From Blasia pusilla (lineage: Eukaryota), in contig CM114271.1 of assembly GCA_050084515.1 (NCBI GenBank), forward strand, positions 37,882,001 through 37,946,000: a stretch of DNA of 64,000 bases, in the 5' to 3' direction. Positions 62,271-64,000 of this stretch are shown here, piece after piece (the first letter of the stretch is position 1; the number at the start of each line of letters is the position of its first letter). Below the pieces are notes generated by a model. The model was given only the letters and a program-made list of their open reading frames with translations, was not told where the DNA came from and ran no database searches. Made by a program: the position numbers and the translations under genes.

Positions 62271-64000
62271 TTCTCTTGAACTTTCTCCACGTCTTTATTG
62301 TCACCCCGTGATACTATCCAGATTGAGACTTATACCTTCTAGATCATGTGATACTCGTGATCTGGTAGTGTGATGACATTAGTTGGGGTTTTATAAGTAG
62401 CAGGCTGATACTATGATACATGGGGTAAGGACTGTTCTATGGAAACTAATTTTGAATGTGGCGGATATTTAGGGTTTGGCTTTATCATAGGGTGGCTATT
62501 TCCTTTGGAATTGATTCTTGTGGTTGTGGTGTACATGAAGGAAAGGAGGATGTCATGGTAGATAAGGGGTAGGGCCAGATAGTATCGAGACATTGGAGGG
62601 ATCTTATACTTCCCTATTTTGAGAGGTCATATGTGACCTGATCTTAGAGGTGACCTACGAGTGTAGGTCACCCTTCCCTTTATGAGGAGTGGCAACCTTG
62701 GAGAGGTTGACCTTCTCAGCCATACATGGCTGGGAAGGTCAACTTGGACCTTGGGTCATGGGTTAGTTGGTAGTTGGTCTCATGAGGGGACCATATGTGT
62801 AGTTGTTAGGGAGCTAGTATGGGTACCCTACAGGTTGGTAGTGACCTGCTGGGAGGGAGGTGACTTTTGTGTAGAGGTCACCCATGGAGGTGCCTAGGGG
62901 GATAAACCTTGGATGAGTCTCATTGGGAGCTCATCTCCTTTGGATTGAGACCCTTGTTGGGATCTGTGATACAATGCGATGTGCATGTATTGAGCCTAGA
63001 TTCTCTCTTGAAGAGCGGGCTAGGAGTGATCAATAAGGAGATCACACATTTTGGGAATCCTTGTGTATACTTTCTCTTGCTGTCACACCAATGCATATCT
63101 AAATCATGAGTATGGTTTTTTGGATGAAGCACGGTTGATTGCAAATTTCATCAGAGCTTACAGTCCGTATTCAACTTTATATCCTAAGGAGATGCACCCT
63201 GGTTCTGAATAGAAGACAAATTCGGACTCAATTTATGGTGTAGAGCAGGATTGTGGTGCTATGGGGTTTGCAAGAATTGCAAGCTAGTGTATCTTGACCA
63301 TGGCAGAAGAATTGTTGAAATCAAAGTGAGATTTTCACAATTGAGAAATCTATGCAATACGAAAGATGTGACAGGATTTGAAGAGATGGAGGCTTTTCAA
63401 TCCTGGTGGAGTTGCTCAAGAGTGGAGCAATTGAGGATCAGATTGTAGGGATGGAGTTCTTGAGACAATTCTGGTGAGGAAATTAGTGTCAATCCTGACG
63501 TGAGTGTGGGCAAGCCAGCAAGTGCATTGGCAATTTGTTGCTGATTTTGAGTGAAGTGTGCTTGATTCTGGACCAAATCAGATGACTTTTGGGTAGGAGG
63601 AAAATCAAGCAAGAAGCAAATGTAAGGAGGGAACAAAAGTGTTTGATTGTGGAGGATTTTTTGAGATCTCAATTCTTCATTCAAAAATCTGAGTCCAACA
63701 GTGAAAACAAGACCAGAAACGGATCTCATTTGAGAAAGATTGCAAAGGATTCCCTATAGCCGCGTAGATTCCTTCAGATGAGCAAAAAGAATAAGAGAGC
63801 AGCGTTGGAGGTGTTGTGCGAGGCATCACAGCTTAAGTTCTGATAGCCCTTGTTTGGAAAGTTGTAAGGAGTGAGGAGGAGGAGAGCTCTTCATTCAATC
63901 GGAACTGAAGTTTCGATTTCCCTTGTTGGTGAACGTGGTTTAGGCAAGGAAGAGGTTACGTGGTCAACTTTCCCTCAGTCAGAGGTTGAGAAAGTTTGGG

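Noticed and set aside
62600-64000. Possible further retroelement remnants (GTGACCT/AGGTCAC repeats; Gln-rich minus-strand ORF 63397-63729)
   Set aside because: No diagnostic domain could be read, so they cannot be classified.

Overview
Eukaryotic, repeat-rich land-plant DNA; a non-seed plant such as a bryophyte is my inference from the repeat and ORF types. The only clearly intact genes are three two-exon Bet v 1/PR-10 (SRPBCC-fold) genes: a head-to-head inverted duplicate pair (6383-7329 minus, 8390-9162 plus) and a more divergent third copy (30758-31907 plus). The rest is mostly decayed mobile DNA: a near full-length Ty1/copia element (9809-~14442), a second copia remnant, Ty3/gypsy remnants, a MULE transposase remnant and a ~13.8 kb CACTA element with TIRs (44595-58430). 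Two things go beyond ordinary transposon content. (i) A decayed exon at 1827-2289 (minus) resembles the SAM-binding half of a beta-class N4-cytosine/N6-adenine DNA methyltransferase and lies next to an array of eight ~25-bp palindromes. (ii) An apparently intronless, decayed protein kinase gene and a coiled-coil/RING gene sit in tandem behind a GC-rich, transposon-end-like segment (22753-27127). All calls come from motif reading by eye; no database searches were run.
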